A DNA stretch of 35,279 bases from Elusimicrobiota bacterium (lineage in GTDB: Bacteria; Elusimicrobiota; Elusimicrobia; UBA1565; JACRDR01), in contig JBGFSC010000011.1 in NCBI GenBank assembly GCA_041694815.1, positions 1-35,279 on the forward strand, in the 5' to 3' direction. The notes beneath the pieces are model-generated. The model was given only the letters and a program-made list of their open reading frames with translations. It was not told the origin of the DNA and ran no database searches. This document shows, piece after piece, positions 17,977-26,878 of the stretch (within the stretch, counting starts at the first letter, position 1; each line of letters opens with the position of its first letter). The position numbers and the translations under genes were made by a program.

Positions 17977-18759
17977 ATGATCGCCATGCTCTTTTTTCTA
18001 CTGTTTGCCTTGCGGCCGATTGCGGAGGCCGCCGCACCGCTCGAAGGCCAATGGATCGACCTGACGCACCCCTTCGACGAAAAGACGATCTATTGGCCGA
18101 CGGAGAAGGGCTTCGCGCTCGAAAAGGGCTTCGAGGGTGTGACGGCCCAGGGCTATTATTACGCCGCCCACCGCTTCTGTGCGGCGGAGCACGGCGGCAC
18201 CCATGTGGACGCGCCGCGGCATTTCTACCGCGGACGGCGCACGGTCGACGAGCTGCCCATCGAGCAGTTGATCGGTCCGGCGGTGGTCATCGACGTCTCG
18301 GCCGCCTGCGCCGAAAATCGCGACTACCAGGCGCAGGTTTCCGACTTCCAGCTGTGGGAAAAGCGCCACGGGAAAATCCCGGAGCGCTCCATCGTCCTGA
18401 TCAAGACCGGGTTCGGCCGGCATTGGCCGGACCGCAGGCGCTATTTGGGGACCGACGAACGGGGGCCCAAGGCCGTTTCCTCTCTGCATTTTCCGGGCCT
18501 TCACCCCAGCGCCGCCCGCTGGCTCATCGCCCGCCGCTCCATCAAGGCCGTGGGCCTCGACACGGCCAGCGTCGATCACGGTCCCTCGAGGCGCTTCGAG
18601 AGCCATGTCGCGTTGTTTGCGGCCGAGGTGCCGGTGTTCGAGAACCTCGCCAATATCGACCGGCTTCCCCCGACCGGCGCGCAGCTCATCGCGCTACCCA
18701 TGAAGATTAGAGGGGGCAGCGGGGCCCCCCTTCGAGCAGTCGCCTTTTTCCCTAAATAA
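17977..18759 (+). CDS. Cyclase-family (kynurenine formamidase-like) metal hydrolase, exported
   Basis: Motifs DLTH, EHGGTHVDAPRHF, GLDTASVD, ENLAN and PMKIRGGSGAPLR. ATG at 17977 lies 6 nt after TATAAT and gives a signal peptide. Confidence 0.9.
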   Translation: MIAMLFFLLFALRPIAEAAAPLEGQWIDLTHPFDEKTIYWPTEKGFALEKGFEGVTAQGYYYAAHRFCAAEHGGTHVDAPRHFYRGRRTVDELPIEQLIGPAVVIDVSAACAENRDYQAQVSDFQLWEKRHGKIPERSIVLIKTGFGRHWPDRRRYLGTDERGPKAVSSLHFPGLHPSAARWLIARRSIKAVGLDTASVDHGPSRRFESHVALFAAEVPVFENLANIDRLPPTGAQLIALPMKIRGGSGAPLRAVAFFPK

Positions 18760-18876
18760 CGGCTGCCCGCCGGCGTTTTCGTGGTATAATGTTTTTAGCG
18801 GCAGCCGCTTGAGGCGCCACGGATCTCCGAGGAGACCTGGCGCCTCTGGCGTTTATGGGCTATAATTTCGGTGTTT

Positions 18877-19782
18877 ATGTCCGCCTCAGCCCTGTTTTTG
18901 GCTCTTTCCGCCTGTGCCCAGGCCGCCGGCCTGGGGGGGGAGTGGGCCCGTTTTTCGGTGCTAACCCCTTCCGGTCCCGAGGAGCCTTCCCCGCAGGTTC
19001 TGCGCGAGCTCAACGGGCTCGTCTACGCGGTCCATAAGGTCCGCAGCGGCGACAACATGGCCCGCCTGGCCAAGGAGTGCGGCAGCTCCTTGGAGACCCT
19101 GCAGGCCACCAACGACAACGAATTGATCTTGCTGCGTCCCGGGGCGAAAATCACCGTCCCCAACAAGCGGGGCTTCCTGTACACGGTCAAGAAGGAGTCT
19201 GAGACCCTCGATTCCATCCTGACGCGCTACCGCTACCGCAACGCCAACGTGAAGCCGCGCGAGCTCAAGGAGCGCGTGATCGCCGACAACGACCTGCCCG
19301 GCATCGCCTTGCTCGCCCCGTACACGCTGTCGAAGGGCGAGGTGCTGTTGTTGCCCGAGGTTAAGGTGCATTTCGACACCTACCAGTTCCCATTCCAGCA
19401 CCCGGGATGGTCCCGCATCAGCTCCGGTTTCGGCCAGCGCCGGCACCCGATACTCAAGTACAGGCGCATGCACGATGGCCTGGACCTTCCCAAGCCGTTC
19501 GGTACCCCCGTCTACCCCTCCCGCAGCGGAGAGGTGACGAAGGCAGGGTGGTACGAGGGGTACGGCAACATGGTGGAGGTGCGCCACACCGACGGGGCCT
19601 ATACCCGTTATGGCCACCTTTCGAAGGTATTGGTGGCGGTCGGCGACAAGGTGGGACGAGGGAAGACCGTCCTGGGCCGGGTAGGTTCCTCGGGCCTTTC
19701 CACGGGACCCCACCTGCACTTCGAAGTGCGGGATAGGCGTGGTCGCGCGGTCAATCCCCGATACAAGATCGGCAGCCGCTGA
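18877..19782 (+). CDS. LysM + M23 peptidoglycan endopeptidase
   Basis: LysM-like HKVRSGDNM repeats; M23 motifs HDGLD, YGHL and STGPHLHFEV. Start is either 18871 (GTG) or 18877 (ATG). Confidence 0.9.
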   Translation: MSASALFLALSACAQAAGLGGEWARFSVLTPSGPEEPSPQVLRELNGLVYAVHKVRSGDNMARLAKECGSSLETLQATNDNELILLRPGAKITVPNKRGFLYTVKKESETLDSILTRYRYRNANVKPRELKERVIADNDLPGIALLAPYTLSKGEVLLLPEVKVHFDTYQFPFQHPGWSRISSGFGQRRHPILKYRRMHDGLDLPKPFGTPVYPSRSGEVTKAGWYEGYGNMVEVRHTDGAYTRYGHLSKVLVAVGDKVGRGKTVLGRVGSSGLSTGPHLHFEVRDRRGRAVNPRYKIGSR

Positions 19783-19812
19783 TCCCTATTATTTTGCTAT
19801 AATGACCGTCTC

Positions 19813-20163
19813 ATGAAGCCCGGGATACATCCTGTATACGTCGAGACCCAGGTGAGCTGCGCCTGCGGCCATGCCTTCGTGACCCGTTCGGTTAAGCCAT
19901 CGATCAAGCTCGAGATCTGCTCCGAATGTCATCCCTTTTACACGGGGAGGCAGAAGCTCATCGATACCGCCGGGCGGGTCGACCGCTTCCGCAAGCGTTT
20001 CGCCAAGACCGAGGGAAAGATGGTGGTGCGCAAGCCTATTGCCTCGGTTAAGATGAAGAAGCTCGAGTCGGCGGCTGGGGCCAAGCGCAAGGTCCTCAGT
20101 ACCGCCCCGACGGCGGCCAAGAAAGAGGAGAAGCCCAAGAAGGCCTCACCCAAAAAGGCTTAG
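19813..20163 (+). CDS. rpmE: 50S ribosomal protein L31 (Zn-binding type) with Lys-rich C-terminal extension
   Basis: Motifs [21 protein letters not shown] and GRVDRF. TGCTATAAT lies 9 nt upstream. Confidence 0.96.
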   Translation: MKPGIHPVYVETQVSCACGHAFVTRSVKPSIKLEICSECHPFYTGRQKLIDTAGRVDRFRKRFAKTEGKMVVRKPIASVKMKKLESAAGAKRKVLSTAPTAAKKEEKPKKASPKKA

Positions 20164-20177
20164 ATTCCTTCCATGAA

Positions 20178-20206
20178 CCCGACCCCGAACAGGGCCGGGC
20201 TTTTTT
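20178..20206 (+). terminator. Putative intrinsic terminator after rpmE
   Basis: CCCGACCC / GGGCCGGG stem (one mismatch) followed by CTTTTTT. Confidence 0.45.
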
Positions 20207-21265
20207 ATGCCTAAAATCGAGTCTCTAGAGAGCGAATACCGTGATATCGAGGCCCGCCTGAGCGCCTCGCCCCCCCCTCCCCTGCAGGATCGGCAGGCGC
20301 TGTCCAAGCGCCACGCCGAGCTCGCGCCCTTGATGCGTTTGTTGAGCGAGCGCCGTAAGGTGGAGAGGGACCTCGAGGAGGCCGAGGCCCTCTTGCGCGG
20401 CCCAGATACGGAGCTCCACCCGCTCGCCGAGGCCGAGAAGTCGCAGCTGGCTCGGCGCCTAGAGGAGCTAGAGTCCGCCCTGCGCGTGGAGCTGCTGCCC
20501 AAGGACCCGCGCGACTCCAAGAACGCTTTCCTGGAGGTGCGCGCCGGCGCCGGCGGAGACGAAGCGGCGCTTTTCGCCTCCGAATTGGTGCGCATGTATA
20601 CCCGGTTCGCGCAGATGCGCGGGTGGCGGGTCGAGTTGGTGGAATTCGTCGGCACGGGTCTTAAGGGAGCCAAGCAGGCGACGCTGCACGTCAAGGGGCC
20701 GAACGCCTTCGCCTGGCTTAAATTCGAAGGGGGCGTGCACCGTGTCCAGAGGGTGCCGGTCACGGAGGCCTCTGGCCGCATCCATACCTCGACCTGCACG
20801 GTCGCCGTGCTCGCCGAGGTCGAGGAAGTCGAGGTGGAGGTCAACCCGAAGGATCTACGCGTCGACACCTACCGCGCCGGCGGCGCCGGGGGCCAGAACG
20901 TCAACAAGGTGGAGACGGCCATCCGCATCACCCACGTCCCCACAGGGATCGTCGTGCAATGCCAGGACGAGCGCTCGCAAGGCCAGAACCGGCTCAAGGC
21001 CATGGCCATCCTCAGGGCCAAGCTCGCCTCCGTCGCGCGCGAGAAGGCCCTCGAGAAGGAGACGCAGGACCGGCGGCAGCAGGTCGGAAGCGGCGACCGC
21101 TCGGAAAAGATCCGGACGTATAATTTCGCGCAAAATCGCGTCACCGACCACCGGCTCGAGCGCTCCTGGCATAACCTGCCGGAAGTGCTCGAGGGCGCGC
21201 TCGAGCCCGTCCTGGAAGCGCTCCGCAAGGAAGCGGAAGAAGCCCAGCTTCGCCAAGTCCGATAA
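20207..21265 (+). CDS. prfA: Peptide chain release factor 1
   Basis: Motifs [22 protein letters not shown] (PxT of RF1), GGQ and RSEKIRTYN. Confidence 0.97.
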   Translation: MPKIESLESEYRDIEARLSASPPPPLQDRQALSKRHAELAPLMRLLSERRKVERDLEEAEALLRGPDTELHPLAEAEKSQLARRLEELESALRVELLPKDPRDSKNAFLEVRAGAGGDEAALFASELVRMYTRFAQMRGWRVELVEFVGTGLKGAKQATLHVKGPNAFAWLKFEGGVHRVQRVPVTEASGRIHTSTCTVAVLAEVEEVEVEVNPKDLRVDTYRAGGAGGQNVNKVETAIRITHVPTGIVVQCQDERSQGQNRLKAMAILRAKLASVAREKALEKETQDRRQQVGSGDRSEKIRTYNFAQNRVTDHRLERSWHNLPEVLEGALEPVLEALRKEAEEAQLRQVR

Positions 21266-21268
21266 GCG

Positions 21269-22150
21269 ATGACCCTCTCCGCATGGATGGAGAAGGCGGA
21301 GCAATATCTCGTTTCGCGCCGCGTTGGCGAGGCGAGGGCCAACGCCGAGTGGCTGATGGCTCATGTATTGGGAATCTCGAGGCCCTTGGTCCGCGCGCAG
21401 GGGGAGCGCGCGCTCAACGACAAGCAAGGCCACCATTTCTGGCGCCTCGTGCTCGAGCGTGGGCGTCGAGTCCCCCTGGCGTACGTGTTGGGCACCCAGG
21501 ATTTTATGGGACTGAGGCTGCGCGTCAATCCCTCCGTGCTTATTCCTAGGCCGGAGACGGAAGAACTGGTGGAAGCCGCGGTCCGATTGGCCCGCGGGAT
21601 GGAACGCTCGAGGCCGCTCAATATCCTCGAGATCGGCACGGGCTCGGGCTGTATCGCCATCGCGCTGGCCCGTCTGCTCCCGGAGGCGACCGTCTACGCG
21701 ACGGAATTGAGCTCGGCGGCCCTGACGCTCGCTATGGAAAACGCGAGAGAGCATCTGCTGACCCCGAGGATCCGATTCATCCACGAAGACCTTTTCCTTC
21801 CGGAACAGGCGCGCGGTTCTCCTTGGGCCGATCTCTTGGTGGCCAACCCGCCTTATATCCCCAGCCCAAAAATCCGCACCTTGGAGCCGGAGATACTCCA
21901 CGAGCCCTCGGTCGCGCTCGACGGCGGCCCGGACGGCTTGACGGCGCTGCGTTCTATCATACGGCAATCGCCTCGAATTTTAAAGGAGGGTGGTTACGTG
22001 GCGCTCGAGATCGGCGATGGTCAGGGCGAAGCTGTCGCTGAGCTCTTGGGCAAGGCAGGTTTCAGCGAGACGCAGGTCCGTCGGGATCTTGCGGGCCTTG
22101 AGCGGATTGCGATCGCGTGTCGTCGCACGAGCGGTGGGGCGACACGTTGA
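21269..22150 (+). CDS. prmC: Release factor glutamine methyltransferase
   Basis: Motifs LIPRPETE, EIGTGSGCIA, NPPY and ALDGGPDG; follows prfA. Confidence 0.95.
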   Translation: MTLSAWMEKAEQYLVSRRVGEARANAEWLMAHVLGISRPLVRAQGERALNDKQGHHFWRLVLERGRRVPLAYVLGTQDFMGLRLRVNPSVLIPRPETEELVEAAVRLARGMERSRPLNILEIGTGSGCIAIALARLLPEATVYATELSSAALTLAMENAREHLLTPRIRFIHEDLFLPEQARGSPWADLLVANPPYIPSPKIRTLEPEILHEPSVALDGGPDGLTALRSIIRQSPRILKEGGYVALEIGDGQGEAVAELLGKAGFSETQVRRDLAGLERIAIACRRTSGGATR

Positions 22151-23306
22151 TGCTTTGTGCCAGCCTATCCCCCGACCAGGCAACGCCCTCGATCACCACT
22201 TCCCATTCGACGCGATAGTCGCCCGCCGCCTGGGGTGCCGTAAAATACACCGGCAGCCGCGCCGTCGCCCCTGCCGGCAGAGCCCCCACAGGGAAGCGGG
22301 GTCCGTCCCATTGCAGCATCGCCCCGTCCGCCGCCCGGAGATGGTAGCTAAGGAATACCTCGGCGGGCGACCAATCAAAGCTGGATGCATTCGAGACGGA
22401 TACCGTCACGGGAAGGCCGCAACCGGGGGCGTGCAAGGCGGGCAGTTGACCGGAGAGCATAGACGCGAAGTGGCGGGCGGGGGTATGATAGACAGCCTCG
22501 GCCAAGCGCGCAAAGAAGGGGTAGGCGCGGCGCACGCCCACTCCCCCTAGATCGTGTGTCAAGACGACGATGATTCGCGCCCCGGTGGGAGTCCACAGCA
22601 CCCCGGCGTCGTGCAGGATTCCGTCTAAATCTCCGGTCTTATGAGCGAGCCGCGCCCCGTCCGGCAATCCTCGCGGCAGGCGGTCGCCGACGGCTGGCCT
22701 GCCCTTATAGGAGGGCATCGAGAGTATGTGCAGCATCTCATCGCTGGCCGCCTTGGAGACGACCTCGCCGAGGAGCAACTTTCGAAACAACAGCGCCATA
22801 TCGCCGGCACTGGTGGTATTGAGCGTCCGGCCCCCATAAAAATAGTTTAGACGCGTATGCCGAAGTCCGATGGCTGCGGCTGACGCGTCTATTTTTCGAG
22901 GTCCGCCCAAATGTTGGACAAGACCCAGGGCGGCGCCGTTGTCGCTCCAGATGATCATGCGTTGGATCGCGTCCATGAGGCCCATCCGGACCCCCGCCGG
23001 CGTGCGCACGCCTTCCGCGCTGTCCCCCGAGATCACCGGCAGTTCTGGATCCAGCTCCCCTTCCTTAACCTGGCGGTACGCCTCGACCATGACCATCAGC
23101 TTAAACAGGGACGCGGAGGGGATCTCCTCATCAGCGGCTTTCTCCCAGCGAAAACCGGAGGCGGGCTCCTCAACCACTATAGCGTTCGGGTAACCGAAAT
23201 CCCGGCTCTCCTTTTCCAAGATTTTTGAGAGCGGACTTATCGAGGTCCCGGCGTCGGCTCTAAAAGCGGAGGCAAGCAGGAGCAGCAGGGCGAGGGGGCG
23301 GCGCAT
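22062..23306 (-). CDS. Class A beta-lactamase-like serine hydrolase with C-terminal Ig-like domain, secreted
   Basis: SxxK (SLFK), SDN and HKTG motifs; signal peptide MRRPLALLLLLASAFRADA; Ig-like tail (V.V.N....W...LSYH...PAG...G.Y.VEW). Confidence 0.85.
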   Translation of the reverse strand: MRRPLALLLLLASAFRADAGTSISPLSKILEKESRDFGYPNAIVVEEPASGFRWEKAADEEIPSASLFKLMVMVEAYRQVKEGELDPELPVISGDSAEGVRTPAGVRMGLMDAIQRMIIWSDNGAALGLVQHLGGPRKIDASAAAIGLRHTRLNYFYGGRTLNTTSAGDMALLFRKLLLGEVVSKAASDEMLHILSMPSYKGRPAVGDRLPRGLPDGARLAHKTGDLDGILHDAGVLWTPTGARIIVVLTHDLGGVGVRRAYPFFARLAEAVYHTPARHFASMLSGQLPALHAPGCGLPVTVSVSNASSFDWSPAEVFLSYHLRAADGAMLQWDGPRFPVGALPAGATARLPVYFTAPQAAGDYRVEWEVVIEGVAWSGDRLAQSINVSPHRSCDDTRSQSAQGPQDPDGPASR

Positions 23307-23312
23307 GGCCTT

Positions 23313-23355
23313 AGTATGGCCCCGCTCGGCCGAAAGCGCAAGGGCCCGGTCCTGA
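23313..23355 (-). promoter_or_regulatory. Box-type promoter E (only the proximal half-site is well conserved)
   Basis: Minus strand: GGCCC (23346->23342), 23 nt, CATACT (23318->23313), 6 nt, ATG at 23306. Confidence 0.5.
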
Positions 23356-23418
23356 CAGGAACCGGAGCGTTTGCTGGCATATGGATGCCCCGCATCAAAT
23401 CTAGGTAAAATGGCGCCC

Positions 23419-24672
23419 ATGGACCGTTTCCTGGTCGAGGGGGGCAAACCCTTGCGGGGGACCGTCCGCGTCAGCGGCTCCAAGAACGCCGCCCTGCCCA
23501 TCCTTATCGCGACCCTCCTGACGGAGGAAGAATGCGTCCTCCATAATATCCCGGACTTGCGCGATATCCGCACGACGCTCAAGCTTATCGATCATCTCGG
23601 CAAGCGTATCGAGCGTCACGGGTCCACCGTGCGCGTCGGCGGCCGCAACCGCGTACGCACCCGGGCCCCCTACGAGCTAGTCAAGCAGATGCGCGCCTCG
23701 GTGCTCGTGGCCGGCCCGCTCCTGGCCCGCCACCACCATGTCCAGGTGGCGCTGCCCGGAGGTTGCACGATCGGCCTGCGCCCCGTCGACATCCACTTGG
23801 CGGCGTTTTCGCGCCTCGGGGCGCGGGTCTCCACCGAGCACGGCGACGTGGTCCTGCGCGCCGCGAGGCTGCGGCCGGCGTCTGTTTCCTTCGAGTTCCC
23901 CAGCGTCGGGGCGACCGAAAACCTGATGATGGCGGCCTCGCTGCTGCCCGGAAGGACGACGATACAAAACGCGGCGCGCGAGCCGGAAATCGAGGATTTG
24001 GCCGATTTCCTCTCCAAGATGGGGGCTAGCATTCGCGGCGCGGGGAGCCGTACGGTCCGGATCGAGGGAAGCCGCGTCCTGCGGGGCGCGGAGCATACGG
24101 TGATCCCGGACCGAGTCGAAGCCGGCACGTTCCTCATCGCCGCGGCGGCCGCCGGGGGCCGGCTCCTGCTCGAGGGCGCCCGGGAAAAAGACCTGTCGGC
24201 GCTGTTGGCGGCCCTCAAGCGCTCGGGCGCGCGCGTCCGCCTCCTGCCGGGGGGCATCGAGATCGAATCCAGCGGCAGACCCCGCCCGGTCAGCATCGAG
24301 ACCCGGCCGCATCCGGGATTTCCGACCGACCTGCAGGCCCCCTGGATGGCGTACATGGCGATAGCCCAAGGGCGCAGCCGGGTACGCGAGAAGATATTCG
24401 AGAAGCGCTTCATGCACGCCGCCGAGCTTCGGCGCATGGGCGCCGATATCGCCATCGACGGCGAGTCGGCTGAGATCCGCGGGGTGCCCAAGCTCCTGGG
24501 AGCCCCCATCATGGCGTCCGACATACGCGCGGGGGCGGCGCTGGTGGTCGCGGCCCTGGCGGCCTCGGGGAAAAGCGAGATTCAGCGCGTCTACCACATC
24601 GACCGCGGCTACGAGCGCATCGAGAACAAGCTGCGAGCGGTCGGCGCCGAGATACGGCGGCTACGCCATTGA
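23419..24672 (+). CDS. murA: UDP-N-acetylglucosamine 1-carboxyvinyltransferase
   Basis: Motifs GSKNAALP, PGGCTIGLRPVDIH (catalytic Cys), SVGATEN, PGFPTD and HIDRGYE. ATG at 23419 lies 7 nt after TAAAAT. Confidence 0.97.
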   Translation: MDRFLVEGGKPLRGTVRVSGSKNAALPILIATLLTEEECVLHNIPDLRDIRTTLKLIDHLGKRIERHGSTVRVGGRNRVRTRAPYELVKQMRASVLVAGPLLARHHHVQVALPGGCTIGLRPVDIHLAAFSRLGARVSTEHGDVVLRAARLRPASVSFEFPSVGATENLMMAASLLPGRTTIQNAAREPEIEDLADFLSKMGASIRGAGSRTVRIEGSRVLRGAEHTVIPDRVEAGTFLIAAAAAGGRLLLEGAREKDLSALLAALKRSGARVRLLPGGIEIESSGRPRPVSIETRPHPGFPTDLQAPWMAYMAIAQGRSRVREKIFEKRFMHAAELRRMGADIAIDGESAEIRGVPKLLGAPIMASDIRAGAALVVAALAASGKSEIQRVYHIDRGYERIENKLRAVGAEIRRLRH

Positions 24673-25934
24673 ACTACACCCAAGCCCTGAGAGTGCTCGC
24701 CGGGCGCCCCGAATCCTATATGCGCCTCGGCCTGACGCGCATGCGCCGGCACCTTAAGGCCCTGGGCGACCCGCAGGAATCCTTCCTATCGCTGCACGTG
24801 GCGGGCACCAACGGTAAGGGTTCCGTCTGCGCGATGCTTGAGGCGGCCTTGCGCGCGGGCGGCGAGCGAGTGGGACTCTACACCTCGCCGCACTTAAGCG
24901 ACGTGCGCGAGCGCATCCGCGTGGATGGGCGTCCCATCCCCAAGGGGGAATTCGGGCGCGTCATGTCCTTCGTCCTGCGCCGGGAACGCGATCCTCTGAC
25001 CTATTTCGAACTGGTGACCGCTATGGCCTTCGTGCACTTCAAGCGCCGCGGGGTGCGCTGGGCGGTGCTCGAAACCGGGATGGGCGGGCGTCTGGACGCC
25101 ACGAACGTCATCCGGCGTCCGGCGGCGTCCGTGATCCCGGCGATCGATTACGACCACACGCAATGGTTGGGTTCCGATTTGGCCTCGATCGCGCGCGAAA
25201 AGGCCGGAATCTTCAAGCGGGGGCGGCCCGCCATCGTGGCCGAACGCAAGCCCCGTGCCCTCGCGGCATTGCGCCGCTGGGCCAGGCTGAGGGGAGCTTC
25301 CTTTCGGGTATCGAGGCCCCGTTGGAGACGGGTGAGGATCGATTGGAAGCGCGGCCGCCAGTTCCTCGAGGGCAGGCAGGGACGCGTAGCCATCGGCGTG
25401 CTCGGCGCTTCCCAGCCGGCCAACGCCGCGCTGGTGCTGGACGTGCTTGCGGAGTTGCGCCGGCGCGGCTACCCGATACCCTCTGGAGCCTGCAACGGCT
25501 TGGCCCGGTTGCGCTGGCCAGGGCGCTTCGAGGTGCTGCGCCGCGGGAGGAAAACGGCGATCCTCGACGGCGCCCACAACCCCCAGGCGATTCGCCATTT
25601 TTGCAGGACCTTGGACGCCTCCCCATGGGCCGCAAGGCCGAAGCGCTTTTTATTGGGGATGCTTCGGGACAAGCCCTATGAGCGCATGCTGAGGCTGCTG
25701 GCCCCGCGGCTTTCGGAGGCGGTATGCTCCAAGCCACCGTCCCCACGGGCCCTGGAGCCGGTCGAACTCGCGCGGAGCCTGCGGTGCGCTGCCCCCAAGG
25801 CGGACATCTGGGTCGTGCCGGACGTCCGGGAAGCCGTTAGCGCGTGGCTCAAGAGCCGCTCGCCCGCGACCCTGTGCGTCTGCGGCTCGTTTTATCTCGT
25901 GGGAGCGGCGCGGGAGGTGCTGGAAGGGCCATGA
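24669..25934 (+). CDS. folC: Folylpolyglutamate synthase / dihydrofolate synthase
   Basis: Motifs HVAGTNGKGS, YTSPHL, ETGMGGRLDATN, LDGAHN and GSFYLVG. Confidence 0.94.
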   Translation: MNYTQALRVLAGRPESYMRLGLTRMRRHLKALGDPQESFLSLHVAGTNGKGSVCAMLEAALRAGGERVGLYTSPHLSDVRERIRVDGRPIPKGEFGRVMSFVLRRERDPLTYFELVTAMAFVHFKRRGVRWAVLETGMGGRLDATNVIRRPAASVIPAIDYDHTQWLGSDLASIAREKAGIFKRGRPAIVAERKPRALAALRRWARLRGASFRVSRPRWRRVRIDWKRGRQFLEGRQGRVAIGVLGASQPANAALVLDVLAELRRRGYPIPSGACNGLARLRWPGRFEVLRRGRKTAILDGAHNPQAIRHFCRTLDASPWAARPKRFLLGMLRDKPYERMLRLLAPRLSEAVCSKPPSPRALEPVELARSLRCAAPKADIWVVPDVREAVSAWLKSRSPATLCVCGSFYLVGAAREVLEGP

Positions 25935-26878
25935 AGAAGAAGCGTGCGTTAGGCCTGGGGATCGACACCGGGGGCACCTACACGAAGATCGTCGTCGTTT
26001 CCGCGCAGGGGCGAGCCCTGCACGAGGCGCAGGTGCCCACGTATCCGGAGCTCGGGCCGCGCAAATTCGTCGAGCGCGTCTCGGCCGCGCTGCGGAGCAT
26101 GGACCTCTCCCTTTTCCGGAGCATCCGTGGCATCGGCTTGGGATTGGCCGGCGACGTCGACAGCGAGCACGGCAGCCTCCGCTTCACCCCGAACCTTCGC
26201 TCTTTTGGCGGCTTCGCCTTCCGCAAGGCCTTCGAGGCGGCCCTGGGCCTGCCCGTAAAGGTGGAAAACGACGCCAATATGGCCGTATGGGGGGGCTATG
26301 TCGTCGAGCTCAAGCGGCGCTGCGGGAACGTGCTCGGGATCACCATGGGTACGGGGATCGGAGGCGGGCTCATTCTCGAGGGGAGGATTTACCACGGCTC
26401 GACCGGTTCGGCGGGAGAGATCGGGCATTGCTGCGTCGAGCCGGAGGGCGAGCTGTGCCATTGCGGGCTCCGCGGCTGCCTGGAGGCCTATGCCGGCTCC
26501 TATGGGATCGTTCGAACGGCCAGGAAGCTGATGGCGGAGCGCCGTTCGCTGATGGCCCGCTGGTGTCCCGATCCCCATCTGCTCGAGCCCAAGATCGTCG
26601 CCGAGGCCGCCTGCGCGCGGGATTGGGCGGCGCGCGAAACGTGGCGAGTGACGGGGTATTACCTGGGCCTGGGGATCGCCAACGCGGTCTACCTGCTCAA
26701 TCCCGAGGAGATCCTCATCGTGGGCGGCGTATCCCGCGCCGGCCGCCTCATCCTCGACCCGGTGGCCAGCGTGCTGCGTGCGCAGCGCTTTAAGACGCCG
26801 TTTAAGCGAGCGCGCGTGCGCATCGCGCGCACCCCCAATCTCGGCGCGGTCGGCGCGGGGCTTCTAGGATTGGAGTGA
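25931..26878 (+). CDS. ROK-family sugar kinase (glucokinase/GlcNAc kinase-like)
   Basis: Motifs GIDTGGT, ENDAN, GTGIGGG, GEIGH and CHCGLRGCLE. No N-terminal HTH; ATGA overlap with folC. Confidence 0.9.
   Translation: MKKKRALGLGIDTGGTYTKIVVVSAQGRALHEAQVPTYPELGPRKFVERVSAALRSMDLSLFRSIRGIGLGLAGDVDSEHGSLRFTPNLRSFGGFAFRKAFEAALGLPVKVENDANMAVWGGYVVELKRRCGNVLGITMGTGIGGGLILEGRIYHGSTGSAGEIGHCCVEPEGELCHCGLRGCLEAYAGSYGIVRTARKLMAERRSLMARWCPDPHLLEPKIVAEAACARDWAARETWRVTGYYLGLGIANAVYLLNPEEILIVGGVSRAGRLILDPVASVLRAQRFKTPFKRARVRIARTPNLGAVGAGLLGLE

Noticed and set aside
20173..20214. prfB-like programmed +1 frameshift into prfA at CTT-TTT-T
   Set aside because: prfA is complete from its own ATG at 20207, there is no stop codon at the slippery site and no internal SD. 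Autoregulatory frameshifting is a prfB feature.
23307..23582. 92-aa N-terminal extension of the serine hydrolase, and the TTG 23371 start for murA
   Set aside because: The extension would overlap murA antisense. The starts at 23306 and 23419 give a signal peptide and a canonical MurA N-terminus, each with a correctly spaced -10.
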